A stretch of 64,000 nt of DNA from an uncultured Methanosarcinales archaeon (GCA_964445165.1 CAYUJZ010000001.1:1591-65590); one strand, 5' to 3'; positions 28,498 through 37,338 are shown, counted from the first letter of the stretch. The notes: generated by a model not told the origin, from the letters alone. Program-made: numbers and translations.

Positions 28498-29439
28498 ATG
28501 CAAAAAGAGTACTGCATCCTGAAAATAAACAACAAGTGCAACTACATATGCAACTTTTGTGCCGACTCTCTCAAGATTAAGGCTGAGGAGGAAATAGAAT
28601 TAAATGAAATTCTTTCCATAATTAAAAAAGAAAAAGATGAGGGTGCAATCAAGCTTCTTATAACAGGAGGGGAGCCAACCATATCCCCGCACCTTTTACC
28701 TGCTATTAAGAAAGGAAAAGAGCTTGGCTTTGAGAGCATTAGCCTAACAACAAATGGAAGAAAGCTTTCAGAAGATGATTTTTTCGCAGATGTTAACAGC
28801 TATATTGATGTTTACCTTATATCATTTTTCTCGGCTGACCCTTACACTTTTGACACTATCGCCGGAGTAAAAGGAGCTTTCTCAGATGTGAGTAAGGCTC
28901 TTCTTAAGATTTCAAGAGAGAAAAAAAAGAAACTTTGCATTAATTGTGTCATCTCAAGAATGAATTATAGAGAACTCAACAACATTGTTGTATATCTTGC
29001 ATCACTTGAAGCCTCTTTAATACAGTTCAGCTTTGCTAATATTGTTGGGTTTTTTAGAGATAATTTCGATAATCTTTTTGTTGATTACAATGAAATCTTG
29101 CCCTATGCTGTGAAAGCAATCCGGCTCTCTGAATACCTTAATTATAAAGGGCTTAGTTTTGAGAATTTTCCAATATGCCTTTTTTCAGGACACCTGCCTC
29201 TAAAAAAGGTTATGCCTAGGATATCTGACTTACACCATCCTGCAGGAAACAAAAAATACTATTCAAGCGGCAAGATGCATACACAAAAATGCAGGGAATG
29301 CTTCTTTCTAAACAGGTGCGAGGGCATTTACGAAGAGTACTATAGAAGAAGAGGAGACGGTGTGCTGACATCAATAAAAAAAGAAGATTTTGAAGACGAA
29401 AAAAAAGCAAATAAAAAAGAAAAAGTTAAAAATCATTAA
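28498..29439 (+). CDS. short radical SAM enzyme, twitch-like C-terminus (family member 6)
   Basis: CNYICNFC, TGGEPT, C-terminal CRECFFLNRC. Confidence 0.8.
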   Translation: MQKEYCILKINNKCNYICNFCADSLKIKAEEEIELNEILSIIKKEKDEGAIKLLITGGEPTISPHLLPAIKKGKELGFESISLTTNGRKLSEDDFFADVNSYIDVYLISFFSADPYTFDTIAGVKGAFSDVSKALLKISREKKKKLCINCVISRMNYRELNNIVVYLASLEASLIQFSFANIVGFFRDNFDNLFVDYNEILPYAVKAIRLSEYLNYKGLSFENFPICLFSGHLPLKKVMPRISDLHHPAGNKKYYSSGKMHTQKCRECFFLNRCEGIYEEYYRRRGDGVLTSIKKEDFEDEKKANKKEKVKNH

Positions 29440-29459
29440 AAAAACATGAGCGTGTTTTT
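29440..29459. terminator. hairpin AAAAACA-tgagcg-TGTTTTT flanked by T/A runs in the 22-nt gap between the convergent rSAM and rpL15 genes
   Basis: Perfect 7-bp inverted repeat with oligo-T on both strands, placed between two convergent stop codons. Confidence 0.35.
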
Positions 29460-29461
29460 GC

Positions 29462-29986
29462 TTATTTTGCTGCTCCTGCTTCTGGAGAATTATCAGGTGG
29501 CGCTTCTGCGGGCTTCCCTGGCTTGCTTTCCTGCCCTGGCTTTTTCTTAGGCTTTGCCTGAGCCAGCTCCACATCCCCGCCTGCTGCCTTGACCTTGGCT
29601 ATTGCCTTTTCTGTTGCAAATGCGACTTTAACCTTAAATGCCGCAGCAACCATGCCTTTTCCAAGGAGCTTCTGGTAGCCTTTCTCAGCTAAGTCAACAG
29701 GAATGCTCTGGCCTTTCTTAGGTTCAATGCCTGAAGAAAGCGCGAGAGCCTCAAGCTGGAAGACATTTATCGCTTTGTACTTGTTCTGCTTTGGGGGCCT
29801 GAACTTCCTGCTTGAGAAGTATTTTTTGTCCTTCCAGATGCTTGGCTTTTTCTGGTCTGCCTTCTTGCCTGTGCCTGCCATGCCTCTGCCGCCCCTGTGA
29901 CCGGCTCTCCTGCCGTACCTGTGGCCTGAGCCGCTCCACCTATTGCCTCTCTGCCTTCCTGCTTTTTTTCTCTTGTTGACAACCAT
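29462..29986 (-). CDS. rpl15: ribosomal protein L15 (uL15) with a K/A/P-rich C-terminal tail
   Basis: N-terminal RKKAGRQRGNRWSGSGHRYGRRAGHRGGRGMAGTGKK is typical of uL15; it sits last in the cluster. Confidence 0.85.
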   Translation of the reverse strand: MVVNKRKKAGRQRGNRWSGSGHRYGRRAGHRGGRGMAGTGKKADQKKPSIWKDKKYFSSRKFRPPKQNKYKAINVFQLEALALSSGIEPKKGQSIPVDLAEKGYQKLLGKGMVAAAFKVKVAFATEKAIAKVKAAGGDVELAQAKPKKKPGQESKPGKPAEAPPDNSPEAGAAK

Positions 29987-30361
29987 CTAAACCATCCTCT
30001 TGACCAGCTCGTTCATCTTGTCTTTCCTGTAGCCAAGGGCTCCGCCCCTGCTGAACGGCTTCTTGACTCCTTTTCTCTCAAATCCCTTTACCGGCGGGGA
30101 AAGGAAAAACACGCTGCTCTTGCTTCCTGAGCCGGCATTCCTGTCTTTTCTCTTTTCTGAGAGAAGCTTAAAGGTCTCTTCGCTGATCTCGCCAAAAGTC
30201 GCGTAATCCTTAACCCTTTCGAGCATTCCCATCACAGAAGGAGTCTTCTCAAAAACGGAGCATGCCATCTTCTTCCTAAGGTTTAGCTTATCCAAGGTAT
30301 CCTTTATCCTGATATCTGCCCCTATCCTTGACCTGATTAAAACAACTGCTATTCTTTCCAT
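29987..30361 (-). CDS. rpl30: ribosomal protein L30 (uL30/L7Ae-unrelated L7e type)
   Basis: MERIAVVLIRSRIGADIRIKDTL... The ORF-track start at 30445 is probably too far upstream, and I prefer the internal Met at 30361. Confidence 0.8.
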   Translation of the reverse strand: MERIAVVLIRSRIGADIRIKDTLDKLNLRKKMACSVFEKTPSVMGMLERVKDYATFGEISEETFKLLSEKRKDRNAGSGSKSSVFFLSPPVKGFERKGVKKPFSRGGALGYRKDKMNELVKRMV

Positions 30362-30362
30362 T

Positions 30363-31571
30363 TTACTCAGCCTTCGCTGCTTCTTCTGCCTGCCCTGCTT
30401 CTTCAAGCTCGGGCTGCTCGGGCTTTTCTTTTGGCACCGAGCCATCTATTATGCCGAGCGAACTGACATAAGCATAATCATTAACCTTGATTGCAGAGAG
30501 CTGGTAAAGCGCTTTCTCAACTGCCTTAACAAGGTTAAACTTGTTCCTGGCAAGGCCAGATGCATTAACCCAGATGTCTTTTATCCCGGCCTTATCGAGT
30601 ATTTTCTTCACCTCTTTCTCTGCAACAATTCCATTGCCTTTTGGCGCTGGCAGAAGCGTTACCTCTACAGAGCTGCTCTTTCCGTACACCTTAAACGGAA
30701 TCGAGTGGGGCTCCTTGCAGCCGCATTCCCATGAGCCGCAGCCCCTCTTAATTTTAATAACATTAACCTTGGCCTGCTTTGTTGCCTTTTCCCTTGCAGG
30801 CACTGTATCTTTTGACTTGCCGAATCCTATGCCGACATGGCCGTCGCTGTCACCTACAACCGCAACCGTGGCAAACCTCGGCTTGTTTCCTTCAGCAGTC
30901 TTTTTCTGTGTCTGCTTGAAAACCCTTCTCTTTCCGCCACCGAACTTTCCCTTTGCCTGCCCTGTAAGCAGAAGCTCAGAATCCAGCTCCGGCAGCAGGA
31001 TTTCCACTATCTCAGGTTCAAGGATTCTCAGGCCTTTTGAAAGGATATCATCAAGATTGGTTATCTCCTTGCTCTTTACCTTTTTCCCAAGGGTTGTCCT
31101 GGGTGTCCAGTCATCAAAAGAAGCAAGCCTGTCCCGTGGCTTGGCTTTTTCCGGCTTTGTCACTGTTTCTTCGTCTTCCTTAAATTCATCGAGGACTTCT
31201 TTTGGGAGCGGGCTTGCGTTTTCATCAGCATTGTCATCTGTCTCATCATCAGTTTTTTCTGCTGTCTCTTCCTCAGGCTCAGCTTTGTTTCCCTTTTTTT
31301 TCTTTTCTTCTTTTGCTTCTTCAGGCTTGGGCTCTGCCTCAGGCTTCTGTTCCGGCTTTTTCTCAGGCTCCGAGCCTTTTTCCTGCTTCTGCGCTTTGGG
31401 CTTGGCTGCCTTGTTTTCTTTTTCCACTTTCTTTGCCTTCTCCGCTTTCTCTTGCTTTTGAGCCTCTGCAGCTTTCTGCTGGGATTTCGGCTCTTCAGCA
31501 GCAACCGGTTCCTGCCCTGCTGCTGCCTCTGGCTGCTCCTTCTTGGCCTCTGCAGGCTTTTTTGCTAACAT
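30363..31571 (-). CDS. rps5: ribosomal protein S5 (uS5) with a ~190 aa K/E/A/P-rich N-terminal low-complexity extension and an acidic C-terminal tail
   Basis: The conserved core runs LASFDDWTPRT...GKFGGGKRRVF...VAVVGDSDGHVGIGFGKSKD...LLPAPKGNGIVA. Archaeal S5 is normally about 210-240 aa, and this one is 402 aa. Confidence 0.85.
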   Translation of the reverse strand: MLAKKPAEAKKEQPEAAAGQEPVAAEEPKSQQKAAEAQKQEKAEKAKKVEKENKAAKPKAQKQEKGSEPEKKPEQKPEAEPKPEEAKEEKKKKGNKAEPEEETAEKTDDETDDNADENASPLPKEVLDEFKEDEETVTKPEKAKPRDRLASFDDWTPRTTLGKKVKSKEITNLDDILSKGLRILEPEIVEILLPELDSELLLTGQAKGKFGGGKRRVFKQTQKKTAEGNKPRFATVAVVGDSDGHVGIGFGKSKDTVPAREKATKQAKVNVIKIKRGCGSWECGCKEPHSIPFKVYGKSSSVEVTLLPAPKGNGIVAEKEVKKILDKAGIKDIWVNASGLARNKFNLVKAVEKALYQLSAIKVNDYAYVSSLGIIDGSVPKEKPEQPELEEAGQAEEAAKAE

Positions 31572-32200
31572 TAAAGATCACCTTTTAAGATTGAGTTTTT
31601 GGCTTTTTCAAAGCCTTTTGTGATGTCTAAAGGGGAAATCTTCTTTGAAAGATATCCTGAGAACTGCTTTTTGTACTGCTCCGGGCTTTCCTTCTCGAGC
31701 TTCTGTGCATAGCTTTCTATGTGCTTTCCTGAAAGCCTGTCCTCAGGAGGGTAAACGCCTTCTCCGTGCGAAACTGAAAGCTCTGCATCAACCAGGCCTT
31801 TCAGAAACGCTGACTCAACAGAGCCCTTGAAGAATGGCCTAATGCCAAAGTCTAAAATGAACCCGTCCTTAAACTGGTTGAAGTCTTTTGCCTGCTTTAG
31901 CTTCTTTCCAAAAAACAAGCCGAAGAGATAGGCTGCTGGAATGCTGTTCTTCGAGTAATCCCAGCCAAGCTTAGGCAGGACTTTTGAGCTCATGCCATAA
32001 AGAACCTTATCTCCCTTTGCATCAAACCTTACTACCTGTGCACTAAGGCTCTTGCTTCCTCTCTTAAAAACAATCCTAGCTTTTCCTGACTTAAGGAGGT
32101 TTAGCCTCTTCCTGTAGTCAGTCTTGCCTTCCCTTTTCCTTCTAAACGGTAAAACTATTGCCATTTTAACCTTTCTTATCTGCTTTCTCTTTTTTTTCAA
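31571..32200 (-). CDS. rpl18: ribosomal protein L18 (uL18/L5e)
   Basis: RKREGKTDYRKRLNLLKSGKARIVFKRGSKSLSAQVV. Confidence 0.85.
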   Translation of the reverse strand: MKKKRKQIRKVKMAIVLPFRRKREGKTDYRKRLNLLKSGKARIVFKRGSKSLSAQVVRFDAKGDKVLYGMSSKVLPKLGWDYSKNSIPAAYLFGLFFGKKLKQAKDFNQFKDGFILDFGIRPFFKGSVESAFLKGLVDAELSVSHGEGVYPPEDRLSGKHIESYAQKLEKESPEQYKKQFSGYLSKKISPLDITKGFEKAKNSILKGDL

Positions 32201-32639
32201 AAAGCTCCTTCTCGGACATGAAGTACTTCAAGTGCCTCAGGCTCCTGAAAAACCCGCTTTTTGCCCTTCTGTACAGCTCTCGATAATTGCTATCTGAAAC
32301 AAGCTTTTTCAGCTTAACTTCTTTAAGGAACTGCCTTTGCTTCCTTATTTTTGACATCCAAGTTTCCTTCTTTGACTGCCTGGCGCCTGCTGTGCCTTTT
32401 CTAGAGCCATGGCCTTTCCTGTGGCCTTTTTTCTTTTTTTCCTGGAGCTCTTTTGACCTTGAATTTGAGATTCCCCTGGCCGGTAGCTTGATAATCGCTC
32501 CCTTATGAATAAGTATCTTGATGTCTTCTCTTGTGATTGCCTCTTTAATCTCATCCAGGGAAGCCTCATCCAGCGAAACCCTGCTCGGAGAGCACTTCAT
32601 AATGTCTGCCGCAATCCGTTTTTTGATTTTGAGATTCAT
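32166..32639 (-). CDS. rpl19e: ribosomal protein L19e (eL19)
   Basis: MNLKIKKRIAADIMKCSPSRV...KGHRKGHGSRKGTAGAR. Confidence 0.85.
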   Translation of the reverse strand: MNLKIKKRIAADIMKCSPSRVSLDEASLDEIKEAITREDIKILIHKGAIIKLPARGISNSRSKELQEKKKKGHRKGHGSRKGTAGARQSKKETWMSKIRKQRQFLKEVKLKKLVSDSNYRELYRRAKSGFFRSLRHLKYFMSEKELFEKKEKADKKG

Positions 32640-32659
32640 TTAAATCACATTACCTGCTT

Positions 32660-33316
32660 TTAGCTTCTTTTCGTAAGTATCTTTTCATACTCCCTTCTTT
32701 TCTGCTTTTCCTTCTCTTCCGGAGAGAGCTCTTTTTCCTTCTGCTTCCCTGCTTCTTTATCTTCTTTGCCGGCTTCTTTCTTTTCTTCTGGCTTCGCTGC
32801 CTTTGCCTCTTTTTCCTTCTTCTCTTTCTCCTTATCTTCTTTCTCTTTTTCTTCAACTATCTTTTCCATTGACTTCTTCTTTTTCTTTGCCTTTTCTTCC
32901 TTGGCTTTCTTCTTCCCGTAAATCTTTGACTTTGCTTCCTCAAGTGTTGCATTTACAACCAGAAGCCTGAGCTTCCTGGCTTCCTCAAGGATAGAAAGCC
33001 TTTTTCTGAGCCCAACTGTTGAGCCTATGAAAATACAATGCTTCTCCGGATTTAGCTTTGAAAGCTGTGCTGGGGACATAATAACAACAGGCAAAAGCCC
33101 TGATGGGTGATAGCCCTTAACCTCGCCTGGGCTGGAATAGCCAACCTGTGCCATCTTTGCATACCCCCTGAACTTCCTCCGGATTTTTGACTGGTGGCCT
33201 TTCGGCTTTCTCCACTTGCCCTGGTTTCTTACTCTCCGTTTTGAGCCCGGGAACTTGTAATCAGGCTTTTTCCCCTTTATTTTTTTCCTTAGCTCAAGGC
33301 TTTCTTTGATTCCCAT
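32660..33316 (-). CDS. rpl32e: ribosomal protein L32e (eL32) with a ~80 aa K/E-rich C-terminal extension
   Basis: KFPGSKRRVRNQGKWRKPKGHQSKIRRKFRGY...YSSPGEVKGYHPSGL. Confidence 0.85.
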   Translation of the reverse strand: MGIKESLELRKKIKGKKPDYKFPGSKRRVRNQGKWRKPKGHQSKIRRKFRGYAKMAQVGYSSPGEVKGYHPSGLLPVVIMSPAQLSKLNPEKHCIFIGSTVGLRKRLSILEEARKLRLLVVNATLEEAKSKIYGKKKAKEEKAKKKKKSMEKIVEEKEKEDKEKEKKEKEAKAAKPEEKKEAGKEDKEAGKQKEKELSPEEKEKQKRREYEKILTKRS

Positions 33317-33326
33317 GATTATCTCC

Positions 33327-33875
33327 TTATGATAGCTGCTTTCCGTTTTTTTCGATTATGTATATCCCGTCCTGGAAGACTCTCCTGTCCCTGTTCGAGA
33401 TTCTTGTGAGCTGCTCCAGCCTCGTGGCGCAGTTCCCCACTTTTTCAATGTCTATGCCTTTTACATCGATGATATCCCCGTTAAGCTTGACCTCAACATC
33501 CGAAGGCAGGGCAAGCTTTCTTGGGATGTTCTCTCCAAAAAGGTTTTTTACTGAAATCTCTCCTTTCTGAACAGACACCGAAACTGGAAAGTGGCTGTGG
33601 CATACCTTAAGCCTGTAAACAAAGCCTTCTGACACGCCTTTGAAAAGGTTTCTAATGTGCGCTGCATAGGTCAGCATCATCCTTTTTTCCCTTTTTGTAG
33701 CATTCTTCGCTGAGAGCAAAACTTTCTTTCCGTCTGACTCAATCTTAACCTTAGGATAGCTAAAGGCTTTCCTGGCTTCCCCAAGAGGGCCTTTTACTAA
33801 TATTGACTTGCCCTCTACTGACAGCTGGATGCCTTCAGGTATTTCTACTTCCTGTGCCAGGTTTTCTATTTTCAT
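33327..33875 (-). CDS. rpl6: ribosomal protein L6 (uL6)
   Basis: VEGKSILVKGPLGE...LTYAAHIRNLFKGVSEGFVYRLKVCHSHFP. Confidence 0.85.
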   Translation of the reverse strand: MKIENLAQEVEIPEGIQLSVEGKSILVKGPLGEARKAFSYPKVKIESDGKKVLLSAKNATKREKRMMLTYAAHIRNLFKGVSEGFVYRLKVCHSHFPVSVSVQKGEISVKNLFGENIPRKLALPSDVEVKLNGDIIDVKGIDIEKVGNCATRLEQLTRISNRDRRVFQDGIYIIEKNGKQLS

Positions 33876-33894
33876 TTTGGTTTGTTTAAAGCAG

Positions 33895-34290
33895 TCAGTA
33901 GCAGTAAGCTATCAGCCTTCCTCCGGTGTTCTTTTCCAGTGCCTCCTTGTGTGTCATAATGCCCTGGGGTGTTGAAACAACAATGATTCCAAAGCCATGC
34001 GCAGGAAGGTATCTTTTCTCAACATTCGTGTAGTCTGTGCTTCTGACAGATATTCTTGGCCTGATGGATGCGCACTTGTTAATGTGCCCGAGCAGGCTCA
34101 CTCTTATATGCCTGCCTTTAGAGGTCTGCTCGATGCCAAAGCCTCCAATGTACTTGTTATCCTGGAGGAGCTCAAGTACCTTAAGCAGCATGTTTGAAAC
34201 ATACTGAATCTCACACTCTTTCTTGTTTTCTTTCTCGTATGTGTACAATTTTGATAATGCGTTTGAAACTAAGTCTGTCATCATTAACAC
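33895..34290 (-). CDS. rps8: ribosomal protein S8 (uS8)
   Basis: TDLVSNALSKLYTYEKENKKECEI...GFGIIVVSTPQGIMTHKEA. Confidence 0.85.
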   Translation of the reverse strand: MLMMTDLVSNALSKLYTYEKENKKECEIQYVSNMLLKVLELLQDNKYIGGFGIEQTSKGRHIRVSLLGHINKCASIRPRISVRSTDYTNVEKRYLPAHGFGIIVVSTPQGIMTHKEALEKNTGGRLIAYCY

Positions 34291-34292
34291 CT

Positions 34293-34535
34293 TTATGAGT
34301 ATTTTTTGAACCCCAGCTCTGTGGCTATATCCCTAAAGCACTGCCTGCACAGGTGAAGCCCGTATTTCTGTATGTGTGCGCCATGCCTTCCGCAGTTCGC
34401 GCACTTGTATTTTGTCTTTCCGCAGCTCCTATCCTGCTTCTTGCCGTGCTTAAGAAACTTGTTAAGCTTTGCCGGCTTTGGCTTAAGCTGCTCTGCCCCT
34501 TTTCTATAGTCTGTTGCGGTCATTCTGTCAGGCAC
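34293..34535 (-). CDS. rps14: ribosomal protein S14 (uS14, Zn-binding type) with an N-terminal extension
   Basis: C-terminal [25 protein letters not shown]. Confidence 0.8.
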   Translation of the reverse strand: MPDRMTATDYRKGAEQLKPKPAKLNKFLKHGKKQDRSCGKTKYKCANCGRHGAHIQKYGLHLCRQCFRDIATELGFKKYS

Positions 34536-34536
34536 C

Positions 34537-35136
34537 TCACGATATTATGCTCGCTCCAAGCTCTTTCTTTGCGAATTCCATTGCATCCTGCTTTGAGATT
34601 GCAACCTTACTCCTGATTGGCTTCTTCAGAAGCTTTCTTCTTCTCAGCCTGAACCCGTCTCTCCTAAGGGTTACTGCTGCCTCAAACCCGAAGATTCCTA
34701 GCTTTGGGTCATATTTCAGTTCAGGAACATCAATGTACTCAGGTATGCCAAAGGAGAAGTTTCCTGCATCATCAAAGCACGACTCTTTCAAAGACAGGTT
34801 AACTGCTGCCAAGAGCCTCTTGAGAACCTCCTTTGCCTTTGGTCCTCTTAAAGTTACCTTAACTCCCAACGGGAGGCCCGGCCTTATGTCCCAGGTCGGA
34901 ATCCTTTTTGTTGTAAAGGTTTTTACTGGCTTCATTCCTGTTAGCCTTTCAAGCAGCACCAGGCCTGCATCAAGCCTGGCTGCATCCCTTCCTGCGCCAA
35001 TATTAAGCGTTACCTTCTCTATCTTCACAGCCCTGTGCGGGTTCTGGGATTTTGGCTTAGCTTTGCCCTTAGCCTTTGGCTCTTTGGCTTCCGGCTTCTT
35101 GCCTTTTGCTTCCTTCTGGACTGCTTCAGCTGCCAT
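34537..35136 (-). CDS. rpl5: ribosomal protein L5 (uL5) with a K-rich N-terminal extension
   Basis: [25 protein letters not shown]...[28 protein letters not shown]. Confidence 0.85.
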   Translation of the reverse strand: MAAEAVQKEAKGKKPEAKEPKAKGKAKPKSQNPHRAVKIEKVTLNIGAGRDAARLDAGLVLLERLTGMKPVKTFTTKRIPTWDIRPGLPLGVKVTLRGPKAKEVLKRLLAAVNLSLKESCFDDAGNFSFGIPEYIDVPELKYDPKLGIFGFEAAVTLRRDGFRLRRRKLLKKPIRSKVAISKQDAMEFAKKELGASIIS

Positions 35137-35836
35137 TTGAATCCCTCCGTATTGTTAATGCTGGCTCTTTTTTTCCAACTACAAGCAAGCTTTTAACCTC
35201 GACTTCTTTTGAATAGTCACCTATTTTAACAACAGCTTTCTTGCCTGATACTGAATCCACTATGCCAAGCTCAGCTATGTGGCTTCCTGAAGCAAAAAAC
35301 ACAACACTGCCCTTGTCAAGCTTAAAGGTTTCCAATATTTTGTTTTCCTTGAAGTCCAGCACAGCACTGTCTCCTGTTGAAATTTCCAGCTTTCCATCAT
35401 GAAGAAGGTTTGTGCCGTCACTAAAGTTAAGATGCACTTTCCCTGCCTTAAGTGTGGATTTAGATATAAGCTTGACAATCTTTTTGGTGCTTTCCTTTTC
35501 AGTTATAGGAATGCTGCCTAAGTAGCCTCCTTTGGTAAGAACTACCCTGAAATGCTGCTTTGCTTCAGGGATGGATATAACATCAAAGAGAGAAACAGGA
35601 ACCTTGTGGCTTTTTGGGGCTTTCTGGTTAACAAGCACCTTGTTATTGCGTATAAGGTAGCTTACCTCGCTTGTTGTAGAGCAGATGCCAAGCTTTTCCT
35701 TAAGCCAGGTCGAAAGCGGCATGCCAAGCCTTAGGCTGCCCCTACCCGGAAGCGGCCTTGCAATAAACACTGACGACTTCCTTGTGATTTTCCATGTCCT
35801 GGGCGCTGCCACCCTTTTAAGATGATACTTTACCAT
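35126..35836 (-). CDS. rps4e: ribosomal protein S4e (eS4)
   Basis: MVKYHLKRVAAPRTWKITRKSSVFIARPLPG. Confidence 0.85.
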   Translation of the reverse strand: MVKYHLKRVAAPRTWKITRKSSVFIARPLPGRGSLRLGMPLSTWLKEKLGICSTTSEVSYLIRNNKVLVNQKAPKSHKVPVSLFDVISIPEAKQHFRVVLTKGGYLGSIPITEKESTKKIVKLISKSTLKAGKVHLNFSDGTNLLHDGKLEISTGDSAVLDFKENKILETFKLDKGSVVFFASGSHIAELGIVDSVSGKKAVVKIGDYSKEVEVKSLLVVGKKEPALTIRRDSNGS

Positions 35837-36305
35837 TTGAACCTACCTTTTCTTTTTCTTCCTTGCCCTTTTTTTCCTTGAGCTCTTCTGCTTTAGGCTT
35901 TTCTGCCTTTTTCTTTGCCTTTGCCGGCTTTTCCGGCTTAATGTTCTTTAGCCTTCTCGGGTCTTTGAGATTCAGCTCCACAACCTGAAGGCTTGAAGCC
36001 CTGAACGGGATTGCAGCCTTGCTTCCGTCCTTCTTTTTTGTTTCGAAGCCTTCAATATAAACCACAGAAGCTTTTGTGTCCACGCGGGAAATCTTTCCTT
36101 GCTTGCCCTTGCCTGTGCCGCGCATAACCTTTACTTTGTCTCCTGTTGACGCCCTTACGCTCCTTGTTTTGTACTTGTCTCTTAGCTCTTTTGATAGATG
36201 CGAATTTAAAAAGCCCTGCTTAATATGAAGCGGAGCATTGAAGAGGTACTTCCTCTGCTTCCTTGGCTTTGTGCTTGACACCCATTTTTTTGAAAAAACC
36301 TTCAT
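35817..36305 (-). CDS. rpl24: ribosomal protein L24 (uL24) with a K/E-rich C-terminal tail
   Basis: MKVFSKKWVSSTKPRKQRKYLFNAPLHIKQ...GDKVKVMRGTGKGKQGKISRVD. The ORF-track start at 36365 is probably wrong, and I prefer the internal ATG at 36305. Confidence 0.8.
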   Translation of the reverse strand: MKVFSKKWVSSTKPRKQRKYLFNAPLHIKQGFLNSHLSKELRDKYKTRSVRASTGDKVKVMRGTGKGKQGKISRVDTKASVVYIEGFETKKKDGSKAAIPFRASSLQVVELNLKDPRRLKNIKPEKPAKAKKKAEKPKAEELKEKKGKEEKEKVGSNGKVSS

Positions 36306-36316
36306 CACAATCACTC

Positions 36317-36718
36317 TCAGTAAATTATCGACGCCAGCCTTGCTATTGCAGGCCACCTGTCGCATGCCTCTTTTGCAACCGGGCCTTTGATAACCGTGCC
36401 TTTGAGGTTTCCAAGCTCATCCTTGATTACAACAGCTGAATTGTCTTCAAACTTAACCCTTAGCCCGGATGGCCTTCTGTACTCTTTTTTCTGCCTTATT
36501 AAAACAGCCTCAATCACCTTTTTTCTCATTTCGGGATTGCCTTTGATTACGCTGGCAAGTATTATATCGCCTACTCCTGCTGCCTGAAGCCTTCCTTTTG
36601 TTGTGCCGATTTTCTTTACCGAGATTATCTTGATAATCTTGGCTCCCGAATTGTCAGCTACATTAAGGAATGCGCCCAATGGCAGCCCTCTTGTTACGCT
36701 TGATGATATGCCTTTCAT
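36317..36718 (-). CDS. rpl14: ribosomal protein L14 (uL14)
   Basis: LPLGAFLNVADNSGAKIIKIISVKK. Confidence 0.85.
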   Translation of the reverse strand: MKGISSSVTRGLPLGAFLNVADNSGAKIIKIISVKKIGTTKGRLQAAGVGDIILASVIKGNPEMRKKVIEAVLIRQKKEYRRPSGLRVKFEDNSAVVIKDELGNLKGTVIKGPVAKEACDRWPAIARLASIIY

Positions 36719-37056
36719 GACAAGTCCTCTTTTTTCTTTACAATCTCAAGCACCACAAAGCTTTTGGTTTTGCTTAATGGCCTTGTCTCTCCTATTTTGA
36801 CAAAATCCCCAACTTTAGCACTTATGCAGAGGGGATTGTGAGCCTTGTATGTTGTGAACCTTTTTGAGTACCTGTTATATTTTGGAAAATAGTAAAGCCT
36901 CTCCTTTTTCACAGTAACGGTCTTTGTCATCTTGTCTGAAGTAACAAGGCCTTCAAAAGCCCTTCCTCTTGTCTTAAGGTGCCCATGCACAGGGCATAGT
37001 GGGTCTTTGCACTCACTTTGTGCTTCCTTTGGCTTTTCTGTGGTTTTTTTTGCCAT
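36715..37056 (-). CDS. rps17: ribosomal protein S17 (uS17)
   Basis: CKDPLCPVHGHLKTRGRAFEGLVTSDKMTKTVTV. Confidence 0.8.
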   Translation of the reverse strand: MAKKTTEKPKEAQSECKDPLCPVHGHLKTRGRAFEGLVTSDKMTKTVTVKKERLYYFPKYNRYSKRFTTYKAHNPLCISAKVGDFVKIGETRPLSKTKSFVVLEIVKKKEDLS

Positions 37057-37309
37057 TTTTTATGCGACCTTTTTTGTTTGTTCTTGAATACAACTTACCT
37101 TGAAGGGCATTCCCATTGATTATAAAAAGGTTTCCCTTTTTTTCTACCCTGAAAATCCTGTTTTTCTTCAGGATAACCTTGAATTTTTTTCCTTCCCGCA
37201 GCACCAAGGAATTCTTAAGGTCAAGCACTGGTTTTCCGCTTATCCCTTTTTCAAGCGGGTTCGGTGATTCCAGCACCTCGATTCTGCAGCCTATCAGGAA
37301 CATTTTCAA
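37013..37309 (-). CDS. rnp1: RNase P protein component 1 (Rpp29/Pop4 homologue)
   Basis: LIGCRIEVLESPNPLEKGISGKPVLDLKNSLVL; sits at the conserved archaeal position between L29/SUI1 and S17. Confidence 0.7.
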   Translation of the reverse strand: MKMFLIGCRIEVLESPNPLEKGISGKPVLDLKNSLVLREGKKFKVILKKNRIFRVEKKGNLFIINGNALQGKLYSRTNKKGRIKNGKKNHRKAKGSTK

Positions 37310-37338
37310 CCTCGCAATCTTTTCGGCAAGCCTTAGGC

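Noticed and set aside
5154-29439. I considered annotating the B12-rSAM genes as archaeal lipid tetraether/ring synthases (Tes/GrsA/GrsB)
   Set aside because: There is no sequence-level evidence beyond the shared class-B architecture. No lipid biosynthesis genes are nearby, and the neighbouring genes point to sugar rather than lipid chemistry.
30541-31588. Plus-strand ORFs (306 aa, 128 aa) rich in S/L/F opposite the S5 gene
   Set aside because: They are antisense to a clearly conserved ribosomal gene. Their low-complexity composition is the mirror image of the K/E/A tract, so they are spurious.
34514-35140. 208-aa plus-strand ORF opposite L5/S14
   Set aside because: Antisense to conserved ribosomal genes.
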